Below are positions 1 to 8,720 of a DNA stretch of 64,000 nt, piece by piece (position 1 is the stretch's first letter; every line of letters begins with the position of its first letter). The position numbers and the translations under genes are program-made. The notes under the pieces were generated by a model. The model did not search any database and was not told where the DNA came from. It saw only the letters and a program-made list of their open reading frames with translations. The stretch comes from Planctomycetota bacterium (lineage in GTDB: Bacteria; Planctomycetota; Planctomycetia; Pirellulales; Pirellulaceae), in contig JBKDXO010000126.1 in assembly GCA_046306195.1 (NCBI GenBank), positions 11,289 through 75,288 of the forward strand. Reading direction: 5' to 3'.

Positions 1-1004
1 CCACGGGACCAGCCTTGCGTTGGGATTGGTCGAGTCAGGCGGAACGGATTTCGCCGTCCGGGAAAAAGCCGCTATTGCTTTCCATTCACTACGACACTGT
101 TTACGGCCCGCAGCATCCATTTCAGCGATGCAAGCGCGATGGCGACCTTAAGATGGTCGGTCCAGGTGTGATCGATGCCAAGGGCGGGATTGTTGTTCTA
201 CGCTATGCCGCGATTGCGGCAAGCCGCTTTCTTGGCAACACTTCGCTCCGATTCTCCGTGGTATTGACTCCTGATGAAGAGATCGGGTCCCCCGCATCGA
301 CCCAACTTTGGGCGCGAATTTGCAGCGAATTCGGTTTTGGGCTCCTTTTCGAACCGTCGATGTCGGATCGGTCGTTGGTCTCGACTCGCAAGGGGACTGG
401 AAATTTCGTATTCAAGATCGAAGGACGGGCAGCACACGCTGGTAGGAATTTTCAAGCGGGGCGCAATGCGATCGCACACGCAGCATCGTTGATTCGCGAC
501 CTGCATGAGCTGAACGGTGAACGCGAAAACGTAACGATCAACGTAGGTCGTATTCAAGGCGGAGGGGCGGTCAACGTCGTCCCAGACCTGGTCGTGCTGC
601 GGGTCAATGTGCGAGTCGCTAACGGCGATGATCAGGCTTGGGTCGAGGCTCGGGTACAGCAGATCGCGAAACGGTACGATGCTCCGGAAGCAGGCTACCG
701 AGTGCATCTGGAAGGAGGGATTCACTCGCCACCGAAACCACTTGATCCAAGCGCTATCCCGTGGATGCGCTGGGTTGAAGAGGAAGGGACCAAGATGGGG
801 ACAGCCATCCATTGGAAACCATCGGGTGGCGCTAGCGATGGGAACAAGCTTCAAGCCTTCGGACTTCCCAACATCGATACCTTGGGCCCGGATGGAGATG
901 GTCTTCACAGCGACCAGGAATGGGTGGACCTGGCGAGTTTGCCCAGGAAAGCTTGCCTGGTTTTTCGTCTGCTGGCGCGATACGCCGGCCATTCCGAGGT
1001 TTGA
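1..1004 (+). CDS. M20/M25/M40 family metallo-hydrolase (glutamate carboxypeptidase-like), 5' end outside window
   Basis: Motifs HYDTV, GPGVIDAKGG, DEEIGS, AAHAG, GGASDGN and HSDQE. The frame stays open to the left edge. Confidence 0.85.
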   Translation, partial: TGPALRWDWSSQAERISPSGKKPLLLSIHYDTVYGPQHPFQRCKRDGDLKMVGPGVIDAKGGIVVLRYAAIAASRFLGNTSLRFSVVLTPDEEIGSPASTQLWARICSEFGFGLLFEPSMSDRSLVSTRKGTGNFVFKIEGRAAHAGRNFQAGRNAIAHAASLIRDLHELNGERENVTINVGRIQGGGAVNVVPDLVVLRVNVRVANGDDQAWVEARVQQIAKRYDAPEAGYRVHLEGGIHSPPKPLDPSAIPWMRWVEEEGTKMGTAIHWKPSGGASDGNKLQAFGLPNIDTLGPDGDGLHSDQEWVDLASLPRKACLVFRLLARYAGHSEV

Positions 1005-1028
1005 TGATTGCTGGGGGCAAGCTTGGCT

Positions 1029-1910
1029 TTAGGGCGTTAAGTCTCCGAATGAACGACCGAGCGGTTCGATGGGGCAGGTCAACGCGCGCCGAGATGCCTC
1101 AATTTCATGCACGGTCCAGGAAATATCATTGTCTGGCAGAAGGTAGCGGGGGCCAGCAGGTTGCACCGGCGGAGAAGGGCCAACCAGCCCAAGAGCCTTT
1201 GCCCAAGAAAAAGCGAAATCTTCCCACTGGATGGTTTCCGGCTCAGGTGTAGGTACACAAAAGATCTTCAAGATATCTCGATTCTCGAAGGCGAACCTCG
1301 TATCCCCGACGCAGTCTGGCGAAGAACAAATATCGAACCGCAGCGATGGAAATATTTGGGACCGATCTGCATTCGCGACGACGGCACGTTCGAGCTCGAG
1401 TCGCGCTTCGAGGGAACTGCAAAAAACGGCGATCGTGGATTCCTTTGCATGTAGCAAATTGGCACGCAAGCCTTCGAGGGTCCATCCCGTCACCGGTTCG
1501 ACAGCATCGGCTGCGACCTCGAGTGCAGGCACGAGGACAAACGATCGCATGCACATTCGGGGATGCGGGATTTTCAGATGGGGTGTCCAAACGCGGAGAT
1601 CTTCGTAGAGCAGAATGTCGATGTCCAACCGCCGGGCTTCCCAACGATGCTGTCGTTGCCTCCCCAGATCCTTTTCAATCCGTTTCAGAATCTCCCAGAT
1701 TTCCCAGCAGGTGCGCTGCGTATCGATCTTTGCAACCGCATTGAGGAAATCCGATTGACCCGCAGGGCCGCCGACGGGCGGAGTGCGATAGAGGCGGCTC
1801 AGAATAACGTTTTCGTGTCCGAATGCGTCACGCAACATTCCAGACGCCGCCAACATCGTGTCGTAGCTGTTCCCGAGGTTGGCTCCGAGACTGATCAACA
1901 ATGTTGCCAT
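1029..1910 (-). CDS. folK: 2-amino-4-hydroxy-6-hydroxymethyldihydropteridine diphosphokinase with ~130-aa C-terminal extension
   Basis: ISLGANLG, YRTPPVGG, DFLNAV, RRLDIDIL and IPHPRM..RSFVLVP are HPPK signatures. Confidence 0.92.
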   Translation of the reverse strand: MATLLISLGANLGNSYDTMLAASGMLRDAFGHENVILSRLYRTPPVGGPAGQSDFLNAVAKIDTQRTCWEIWEILKRIEKDLGRQRQHRWEARRLDIDILLYEDLRVWTPHLKIPHPRMCMRSFVLVPALEVAADAVEPVTGWTLEGLRANLLHAKESTIAVFCSSLEARLELERAVVANADRSQIFPSLRFDICSSPDCVGDTRFAFENRDILKIFCVPTPEPETIQWEDFAFSWAKALGLVGPSPPVQPAGPRYLLPDNDISWTVHEIEASRRALTCPIEPLGRSFGDLTP

Positions 1911-1973
1911 GCGCCCCCACAGACTGCGAGCGAATTACGATTCAACGGTGGAGATGCAAGCACCGACACGCGA

Positions 1974-2693
1974 TCATTTCCGCTTCCGATCGAGGCTGTC
2001 GACGAACCAATGGACCGTTTCTTTGGTTTCAAATTTTTCGCAATCCTTGCGAGCATACACGATGTACTCCGACGGGATCGTCTGTCCGATATCTCGGAAT
2101 CGAAGGCGATAGGTGTAGCCCATCAATCCGGAATACTCGCCGTCAAGGCCGGCATACTCCCACTTTGCTTCCGCACCTCGCTTTGCGATCTCAACATGGA
2201 CGGGATCCGTTTCGACACCTTTTTTCAATTTCGAGACAGTCGCCTGGGGTGTTTCCCCTCCCTCGTTTTCATCACCCGGCCCTGGCCCCGGCCCCTGAGC
2301 TTTGTACCCAACCAGGTAGTGAACCTTTTCCCAGTCATTCGACGACAGGCTCTTCAAGTAAAGCTCGCTTACAACGCGGGCTTGCTGTTCATCTCCACTC
2401 GTTTCGAGCATTCGATCAAAAAAACCCGAGGCACCCGCAACCGTCCCGACGATGACCGCCAGCGAACCGATCAACCGAGAGAACCAGTTCAAATCCCATC
2501 GACTGGCCAACAGCAAGGTCAGTGCTCCGATCGCGGTCCCCAAGACCGCAAAGGGCAAAATTTGAACGTAATAGGTCGAAAAAAGGCCGACGAGCGAGCT
2601 GAACAGACCGGCGAGAGACAGCCAGGAAAAGGACTTTGACTCACCGATTTCGTCTCCTTCTCGTTGGAATTTCGATTCGACTACGGTCGACAT
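1974..2693 (-). CDS. Hypothetical membrane protein (about 3 N-terminal TM helices plus soluble domain)
   Basis: Hydrophobic stretches follow MSTVVESK (ATG at 2693, inside ORF 1974..2828). No family motif recognised. Confidence 0.6.
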   Translation of the reverse strand: MSTVVESKFQREGDEIGESKSFSWLSLAGLFSSLVGLFSTYYVQILPFAVLGTAIGALTLLLASRWDLNWFSRLIGSLAVIVGTVAGASGFFDRMLETSGDEQQARVVSELYLKSLSSNDWEKVHYLVGYKAQGPGPGPGDENEGGETPQATVSKLKKGVETDPVHVEIAKRGAEAKWEYAGLDGEYSGLMGYTYRLRFRDIGQTIPSEYIVYARKDCEKFETKETVHWFVDSLDRKRK

Positions 2694-2859
2694 GGGCCAA
2701 TCTCCAATTGCCTTGGGGAGCGAAGAACATTCAATCGCTGAGATACGATGAAAAGTGGAACTCGGTTCGACGCTTTGGTCGGCGATCGAGCGAATTGACT
2801 GGGGGAAAGCGTGATGGGCAACCACCACCCCCGAACAAGGAGGGAAATTCTGGGCCGAT

Positions 2860-3669
2860 TCACGGTTGAGAGCCTAATCGTTCCAACATTTCCCGCAGCA
2901 GTGGTTCACTCGCGGCGGCCACGACCTGACCTCCCCACGGATCGTACACTCCGCCATCATGGCCTGCCAGATAAACTCCTGCTTGCTCAGCGATCAAGGC
3001 TGCGGCGGCAGTATCCCAAACCCGAAGTTTCGAACCAAAATACGCATCCAAACGACCAGCTGCGACATAGCATAGGTTGAGTGCGGCGGACCCCAATCGG
3101 CGGACGCTCTGCGAATGGAGAAGAATCTCTAGAAAGTGCCCGATTTCCGGGGATTGCCGATGGAGCTGGGGTGGAAAACTGACTGCCACCAGGGCTTTCC
3201 GGAGAAATTGACAGGAACTCGGAGCCAGCCGACGCTCGCTGGGCCCGGGTGAACGAGCATTCGCCAGAAACGCTCCACGCCCAGCGATTGCATAAAAGAG
3301 TTCGTCGGACATGGGGTCCAAGATTACTCCCACGACCGGCTTGCGATGATGCATCAAGGCGATACTGACACAAAAGCTCCGAAGACCATGGGCATAGTTT
3401 GTGGTTCCGTCCAGAGGATCAACCACCCATTGCCAAGTAGAGGACGACGGCCCAATCGGAGAGGAACTCTCCTCGCCCAAGAATCCATATTCCGGGAATT
3501 GGTTCATCAAAATCGATTCGATGACTTGCTGCGCTGCTAAATCAGCTTCGGTAACCAAGTCGTTCGTTGATTTTTCCCAAACTTCGGCACGATCGAGCAT
3601 GTCTCGCAAAATCTCTCCCGCGGCATTTGCCGCTTCGATCGCTTTTGCGACGGCTTCCTCGCAATCCAT
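2860..3669 (-). CDS. suhB: Inositol monophosphatase family protein (SuhB-like)
   Basis: DLVTEAD, FLGEE, WVVDPLDGTTNY, RRLGSAALNLCYVAAGRLD and WDTAA motifs. Confidence 0.9.
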   Translation of the reverse strand: MDCEEAVAKAIEAANAAGEILRDMLDRAEVWEKSTNDLVTEADLAAQQVIESILMNQFPEYGFLGEESSSPIGPSSSTWQWVVDPLDGTTNYAHGLRSFCVSIALMHHRKPVVGVILDPMSDELFYAIAGRGAFLANARSPGPSERRLAPSSCQFLRKALVAVSFPPQLHRQSPEIGHFLEILLHSQSVRRLGSAALNLCYVAAGRLDAYFGSKLRVWDTAAAALIAEQAGVYLAGHDGGVYDPWGGQVVAAASEPLLREMLERLGSQP

Positions 3670-3757
3670 CTTTCCCCCTCAGACGACTTTGTGACCAACT
3701 CTCAGTCCTCCGCAAAACCCTCGTATCCTGAGCGGATTTCGGTATATTGGCAACATC

Positions 3758-4474
3758 GTGAATAGGATGGCGAGTCTCACTCCTCTTGGCAACCGCACTT
3801 ACTCCATGGCATGGAATCTTCGACTTCCCCACGCTCAGCTCGAAACGGGTACGGCAACGATTGACGTAGCGTTGGACTCGCCGTTTCGTTGTTCCGTTCA
3901 CGACGGCGGTTCCACCTCCACACGTGGCGAGCTGAGTTCTATCCTTAGTCTGGAGATCGTTCCGTCGGAAGAGGCGCTACCCCTGAACATCGACTTGATG
4001 CGATGCGCCGACGCCTATGTACGCGAACTGGATCTGATCGCCCTGTACCCGCAGGCGTATCCCTGGCCGTTTGGTTTCCAGGTCGATGTTCGATACCGTC
4101 CGGATCTGTCGTTAGGCGTTCGTGCACTGGAATTGTGGCTCAGTGTCTCGACGTCGATGCTCGAGTGCAAACCCAAGCTGCATCTCGTTCCTCGAAATCG
4201 ATTTCAGCCTTGTTCCCAACGCGAGATCGCGGTCGCTTCCCATGGTCGCGCGGCGTTGATCGTTCACCCGCTCGATCTCGCGGACTGCGAATCGATCGCT
4301 TCGAGCAATTCCCCCGACATAGCGCAATGGGATGTCTTCGGCGGTTTCATGGAGAAAGGCGTTATTCGACGTTCGCGGTTCCTGATCGTCTGGAGCGATA
4401 CCGAAGAAACAGTTAAGAAATGGGAACAAACGCTCGATTGGTTTGCTCAGTCTCCGTTGCCATTGACTGCTTGA
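3758..4474 (+). CDS. Hypothetical protein
   Basis: 238-aa ORF filling the gap between divergent suhB and the methyltransferase. The C-terminal FGGFMEKGVIRRSR segment looks conserved, but no function is recognised. Confidence 0.65.
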   Translation: MNRMASLTPLGNRTYSMAWNLRLPHAQLETGTATIDVALDSPFRCSVHDGGSTSTRGELSSILSLEIVPSEEALPLNIDLMRCADAYVRELDLIALYPQAYPWPFGFQVDVRYRPDLSLGVRALELWLSVSTSMLECKPKLHLVPRNRFQPCSQREIAVASHGRAALIVHPLDLADCESIASSNSPDIAQWDVFGGFMEKGVIRRSRFLIVWSDTEETVKKWEQTLDWFAQSPLPLTA

Positions 4475-4557
4475 CCCCGCGAACTAGAGTAGCAGACCGT
4501 GGCAGTCAGTCTAGGAACGCGTGAAACGGCCTGAGGGTCGTAGGTTGGGTATTTGTA

Positions 4558-5400
4558 GTGGAAGAAAACGGATTATCGACCAAGTCAACCCTTTCGCGGT
4601 CAACCTCTCGCTCAAAACCACCCCGCATCGATGAAGTCAACTGGTACGATCATCCGGAGTGGTACGAGTTTGGATTTCTCAAGGATACTCCACGAGAAGG
4701 CCGCTTTCTGGAGGATGCTTTCCGAAAACACGTCCCCTTTCCGGTGACAAACATCCTGGAAACCGGCTGTGGATCGGGGCGACTGGTTCGCGAGATGGCC
4801 AGGCGAGGATATCACACCACGGGACTGGATCTGAATACCAATGCGCTTGCCTTTTGCAGCGAACGCCTGCAGGCCGAACACCTGAGCGCCAAGCTCGTGC
4901 AGGGAAACATGGTCGACTTCGATTTCGACCAACCCTTTGACGCCGTCTTCAACGCAATCAACACGTTTCGACATCTGGAGACGGAGGCCGCGGCCGTAAA
5001 GCATCTGAAATGCGTCGCGAGGCACCTAAAGCCTGGTGGCATCTTCGTGCTTTCCCTCCACTTGGTCCCGCGCGGAGGAGATTTATGGGGAACAGAGCGA
5101 TGGGGGACCCGATCCCCAAACTTGAGCGTCTACTACTCGCTCACCGTGACCCACGTCGACCTGAAGAAACGTATCGAAGAGCTGAAAATTACGATGAACG
5201 TCAAGGATCGCGGCAAGCATTACCGCTTGAGCGACGTCATCCGGTTACGGCTGTACGATGTCGAGCAAATCAAGACGACCCTGAGCAAGATCAAGCAACT
5301 CAAGCTGGTCGGCGTGTATGACTTTTGGTTCAGTATTCGTCATCCGCGGAGACTGAGCCACTCGATTTGCGATACGGTACTTGTCCTGCAGCGGAACTAG
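4558..5400 (+). CDS. Class I SAM-dependent methyltransferase
   Basis: ILETGCGSGRL motif I, GLDLN, and QGNMVDF...FDAVF motifs. Confidence 0.88.
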   Translation: MEENGLSTKSTLSRSTSRSKPPRIDEVNWYDHPEWYEFGFLKDTPREGRFLEDAFRKHVPFPVTNILETGCGSGRLVREMARRGYHTTGLDLNTNALAFCSERLQAEHLSAKLVQGNMVDFDFDQPFDAVFNAINTFRHLETEAAAVKHLKCVARHLKPGGIFVLSLHLVPRGGDLWGTERWGTRSPNLSVYYSLTVTHVDLKKRIEELKITMNVKDRGKHYRLSDVIRLRLYDVEQIKTTLSKIKQLKLVGVYDFWFSIRHPRRLSHSICDTVLVLQRN

Positions 5401-6079
5401 CTCCATCAATCCAACGGCCCCAAGCCCGCTGTGTCATGTGATCGATGGAAAGGTAGAGGGCTACGGACGACAGACCACCGACAGGTCCGCCAGCCACACT
5501 ACCGGCGATTCCAGCAGCAATCGTACCGGCCGTCTTTCCAATGCGATCCGCTCGACGATGTTCGATCGAACAGCTTCGCGATGCTGCATAAGCGGACTGG
5601 CGAGCGACTTCACCGATCAATCCCGAGACCCCCGACGCTCGACTCATCACGCCTCTCGGCACACCGCTGGCTGCCATCACGGCAACCGCCTTGGTCGAAC
5701 AAACCACAGCTCCCACGAGCCCCGTTCGCAGGACACTCCCAATCACTCGATCCGCCTGATGGCTGACCGATTCCCCCGTCTTGCAGGCACGCGCGAAATG
5801 CTCGCAATTCCCCAAGGCCACGTGATAGCCTGTCAGCCCTATCGCTTGCGTTGCACGCTGCACGACCTCTTCGGGGGTAAACCCCGACTCGACGAGTTCT
5901 GCTCGCACCGGCTTTCCGTCCGCGAAGGAATCCCAAGACACCTGCTGAACTTGCATCCGCGTCGAATTCGGTACGGTCGCCAAGTGAATCACTGTGCCAT
6001 CCCCGAGATCGATTCCATAATGGCGGTACGGGAGAATCCCCCACACGCACGGAACCGAAATCATATCGCCACGAGCCAT
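5330..6079 (-). CDS. LRAT/NC-domain protein (NlpC/P60 permuted papain-like) with hydrophobic Gly-rich C-terminus
   Basis: HYGIDLGDGTVIH and YHVALGNCEHFA catalytic motifs. ATG at 6079 follows a purine-rich SD-like tract. The 3' end overlaps the methyltransferase. Confidence 0.85.
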   Translation of the reverse strand: MARGDMISVPCVWGILPYRHYGIDLGDGTVIHLATVPNSTRMQVQQVSWDSFADGKPVRAELVESGFTPEEVVQRATQAIGLTGYHVALGNCEHFARACKTGESVSHQADRVIGSVLRTGLVGAVVCSTKAVAVMAASGVPRGVMSRASGVSGLIGEVARQSAYAASRSCSIEHRRADRIGKTAGTIAAGIAGSVAGGPVGGLSSVALYLSIDHMTQRAWGRWIDGASSAAGQVPYRKSSGSVSADDEY

Positions 6080-6182
6080 TGCCCCCTCCCCTCTCGAACC
6101 ACAGCTGCTGGTCACACCGAAACCGATGGAATCCTAGGCAGTAACGGGTCAAAATCTAGGCGCACGAGACATCCGTCAACGA

Positions 6183-6213
6183 AAAAGCCGCTCGAGGATC
6201 GCAAGCGGCTTTT
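6183..6213 (-). terminator. Rho-independent terminator (possibly bidirectional)
   Basis: AAAAGCCGCT...AGCGGCTTTT 10-bp stem, with U5 on the minus strand and U4 on the plus strand. Confidence 0.7.
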
Positions 6214-6290
6214 GGTAAGAAGTAGGCATTCGCGTTCGCGAGGGAACGGGTAATCCAATCGTTCTGGCTGACGCGCTCCCAGGATCCTAC

Positions 6291-6545
6291 CGTGCTCGTG
6301 CTCAGTCCGCCGCGTCGGACGGTGCTCGTGCTCGTAGTCGATTGGCTCGCTTGCATGGTAGCGTTGCGATGTCCGGTACGTCTGGCAGACCACATTTCCT
6401 GGTATCGGAGGCCGTGATCCTGATCTTCATTGGCGTGTCCGGTCGCAAATTCCAGCCCGACCAGCGCGTCGACCGAGACCGCATGATACAATCGCATCAT
6501 CGATCGAGCACGAGCACCGCTGGACTGAGCAGGAGCACGAGCACG
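6291..6545. repeat. REP/MITE-like imperfect inverted repeat built from GAGCAC units
   Basis: Left arm cgtgctcgtgctcagtcc...cggtgctcgtgctcg (6291-6334) is the approximate reverse complement of right arm cgagcacgagcaccg...ggactgagcaggagcacgagcacg (6505-6545). The spacer is ~170 bp. Confidence 0.7.
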
Positions 6546-6639
6546 ACGAACAGCCAGAACAACACGATGCACCAAAGGTCTCGGTCGGCCGGGCTGAATT
6601 GCGTTGAGTTAACACCTCGACCTTGGTGATCGTCCCCAT

Positions 6640-6969
6640 TTATTGGAAGGACCGTCCGCACCCACACGACTTGACTGCGTTCGGGTTTTCGAACGTAAAA
6701 CCTTGTCGCTCGAGGCTACTGAACCAACCGAGGGTCGTCCCCTCCAGAAGCAACGCACTCTTTCGGTCGATCACTACCGCCACCCCATTTTGCTCAACGC
6801 GGGTGTCCTTCGCCTCATCAAACTTATCGTCGAAATTCAACGAATACTCAAAACCGCTACAGCCCCCGGCGACGACCCCGACACGAACGAAAGTCTCGTC
6901 TCCGAACTGCGCTTCCGAATGGGCCCGTTTCAGCTGATCAGCAGCTTCGGGCGTAACGTTGATCGCCAT
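6640..6969 (-). CDS. HesB/IscA family iron-sulfur cluster assembly accessory protein
   Basis: GGCSGFEYSL and FENPNAVKSCGCGRSF with three conserved Cys. Start MAINVT at 6969. Confidence 0.93.
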   Translation of the reverse strand: MAINVTPEAADQLKRAHSEAQFGDETFVRVGVVAGGCSGFEYSLNFDDKFDEAKDTRVEQNGVAVVIDRKSALLLEGTTLGWFSSLERQGFTFENPNAVKSCGCGRSFQ

Positions 6970-7012
6970 ACTCAACCTCATGGTTCGATTAATGGTTATG
7001 AAAATGCTTGGA

Positions 7013-7044
7013 TGGCCCCGAGGAGCCGTGGCCCCGAGGAGCCG
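7013..7044. repeat. Perfect 16-bp tandem duplication (intergenic)
   Basis: tggccccgaggagccg occurs twice, head to tail. Confidence 0.9.
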
Positions 7045-7231
7045 AGCAAGCTGGTTTTCCAAGCTCTCTCGAACATGGTATGCAGGGTAGGGAGTGGATG
7101 GCAAGCCAAAATTGCCTTTGCAAGAACAGTCCAGCTGGTTATTCTTAGGAGCAATTCCACCCCCCCGAGACGGAATTCGGTGCGGTTGAAGTGGTTCACG
7201 GTTCGAATTTGCAAGGAAATGACGGAAAATC

Positions 7232-7330
7232 ATGGTAAAACCCCATCGAAAACTCAAAAAAGCAAACCACGGTCAGCGGGCAGCCAACAGCAAGGCTCGC
7301 AAGGCGAAACGACGCAAGGTTCGTACGTAA
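7232..7330 (+). CDS. Small basic protein (32 aa), ribosomal protein bL37-like
   Basis: Hand translation gives MVKPHRKLKKANHGQRAANSKARKAKRRKVRT*. It has a KANHGxR motif, very high K/R content and a purine-rich tract upstream. It is below the ORF-track length cutoff. Confidence 0.7.
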   Translation: MVKPHRKLKKANHGQRAANSKARKAKRRKVRT

Positions 7331-7397
7331 CGCGTTCCGGGAAGCGCCTTTTCCTCCCTAGAACGGGTTCGCCCCCTCAAGCTCAGGATACCGCCCC

Positions 7398-7919
7398 ATG
7401 GCCATCAGAGACTTCATCGTGGACCCAGACACGATTGATTTCAGCAAGGTCGTCGCGGATATCGAGGAAATTCGAAAGTACAACCCGCAGCGGTTCGAGA
7501 TGGAACAGCTGACGGCGATCGTGTACGAGGACCCCGTGCGGGTAGCGTGCGTCGGCTACAAGGACGTTTCCGAAGACGAATTCTGGGTTCGGGGGCACAT
7601 GCCCGGCATGCCTCTCATGCCGGGGGTAGTCATGCTCGAGGCCGTAGCTCAGGTTTGCTGTTACTGCTCGCACAAAAACAAGCTTCTCGGGGACGCCTTG
7701 GTTGGTTTCGGGGGTCTGGAGGATGTCCGCTTTCGTGAACCGGTCGTTCCTGGGGATCGTTTGATTGTGATGTGCGAGCTGCTAAAGCTCAGAAAGCCCT
7801 ACCTGCTCGTTTGTCGATTCCAGGGAATCGTCGAACGCAACATCGTGGTCGATGGTCAACTCAAGGGGATCCCGATCCCGGTCGATATGCTTGCCCAGCG
7901 AGAGCGAGTCCGCGGTTAA
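7398..7919 (+). CDS. fabZ: 3-hydroxyacyl-ACP dehydratase (FabZ/FabA family)
   Basis: GHMPGMPLMPGVVMLEAVAQ and VRFREPVVPGD hot-dog fold motifs. Confidence 0.88.
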   Translation: MAIRDFIVDPDTIDFSKVVADIEEIRKYNPQRFEMEQLTAIVYEDPVRVACVGYKDVSEDEFWVRGHMPGMPLMPGVVMLEAVAQVCCYCSHKNKLLGDALVGFGGLEDVRFREPVVPGDRLIVMCELLKLRKPYLLVCRFQGIVERNIVVDGQLKGIPIPVDMLAQRERVRG

Positions 7920-7943
7920 GGGTTCGCGGTCACCACTCCGCCG

Positions 7944-8720
7944 TCAGGGCTTTGCGGCTGAGTCTGGTTTTGTGGGTATGGGCGTTGCACGCACCCGCGA
8001 CGGAACTCCGTAGATGTCGTTCTTCGACTGGCTCGCTAGTGGCTGAGCAAGCTCCACGCCTGCGATCGCAGCAAGCACGAGTGTGACCACGAAGTAGATC
8101 GAGTAATGGAGAAAGGATTGTCCGACCTCCAGTTCGCATGCTCCCACGGATACGGCAACTCCTAGGCCGAACATTACGGCTAAGAAGATCGCCAGTTGAA
8201 TCGGTTCGATCTCGGCCAGGGTGCGATTTCCGAAGTAATAAGCCAACAGTGTATACACTCCCCATGTTGCCGCGAAAACCGCAGCGCAAGTGCCCAATCG
8301 GATCCAGCGTTCTTTCCCGATGTATCCACCCAGTTCATCATCCTTGAAGAACGTATAGCCCATGGAAGTCAGGGGGTATGCGAGGGCGATTGCGGCACTG
8401 ACTAAAATCCAGGTCGGAGGCGATTGGGATGTCGCTCGCAAGAAAATCGCACCGATCAAGCAGCAGGCTGCGATCGCGCAAGCCAAAATGATTTGCCACG
8501 TTGATGGATCGAATTCGACGCGTCGGATCGGCTTCAGGACCGGTCGTCCGCTCGAGTCCTTCGGTCCCTGCGTTTCCGGGGCGTGAATGACCACTTCCTG
8601 GGTTTTGTCCGGGACCGTGATCACCTGTTTGCATTTGGGGCATGGCCCCTGCTTGCCGGCGAACTTGTCGCTGACCGAAAATCGTGCGAGACAACCTGGG
8701 CAGGTAACTGGGATTGGCAT
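7944..8720 (-). CDS. Membrane protein with N-terminal zinc ribbon
   Basis: CPGC...CPKC at the N-terminus, followed by 5-6 hydrophobic segments. Confidence 0.75.
   Translation of the reverse strand: MPIPVTCPGCLARFSVSDKFAGKQGPCPKCKQVITVPDKTQEVVIHAPETQGPKDSSGRPVLKPIRRVEFDPSTWQIILACAIAACCLIGAIFLRATSQSPPTWILVSAAIALAYPLTSMGYTFFKDDELGGYIGKERWIRLGTCAAVFAATWGVYTLLAYYFGNRTLAEIEPIQLAIFLAVMFGLGVAVSVGACELEVGQSFLHYSIYFVVTLVLAAIAGVELAQPLASQSKNDIYGVPSRVRATPIPTKPDSAAKP

Noticed and set aside
1563-2639. 358-aa plus-strand ORF and similar long antisense ORFs (e.g. 33934-34932, 43808-44812, 45801-46988, 49224-50186, 62731-63786)
   Set aside because: Each lies opposite a gene with clear family motifs. Long antisense frames are expected at this GC content.
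6291-6545. CRISPR array
   Set aside because: There are only two inverted arms of short hexamer units, no regularly spaced direct repeats with unique spacers, and no cas genes.
6156-6640. tmRNA candidate (minus-strand GGGGACGA... start at ~6637 and an ANANAYF..AA-like peptide)
   Set aside because: No TTCGAC after the 5' end, no T-arm or CCA acceptor 3' end, and the peptide frame does not stop after the AA.
7195-7212. GGTTCGAAT tRNA T-loop-like motif
   Set aside because: No cloverleaf, acceptor stem or D-arm can be formed around it.
6643-7512. 289-aa plus-strand ORF
   Set aside because: It is antisense to the iscA-like gene and spans the bL37-like ORF and the fabZ start, with no recognisable motifs. 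Treated as a shadow ORF.
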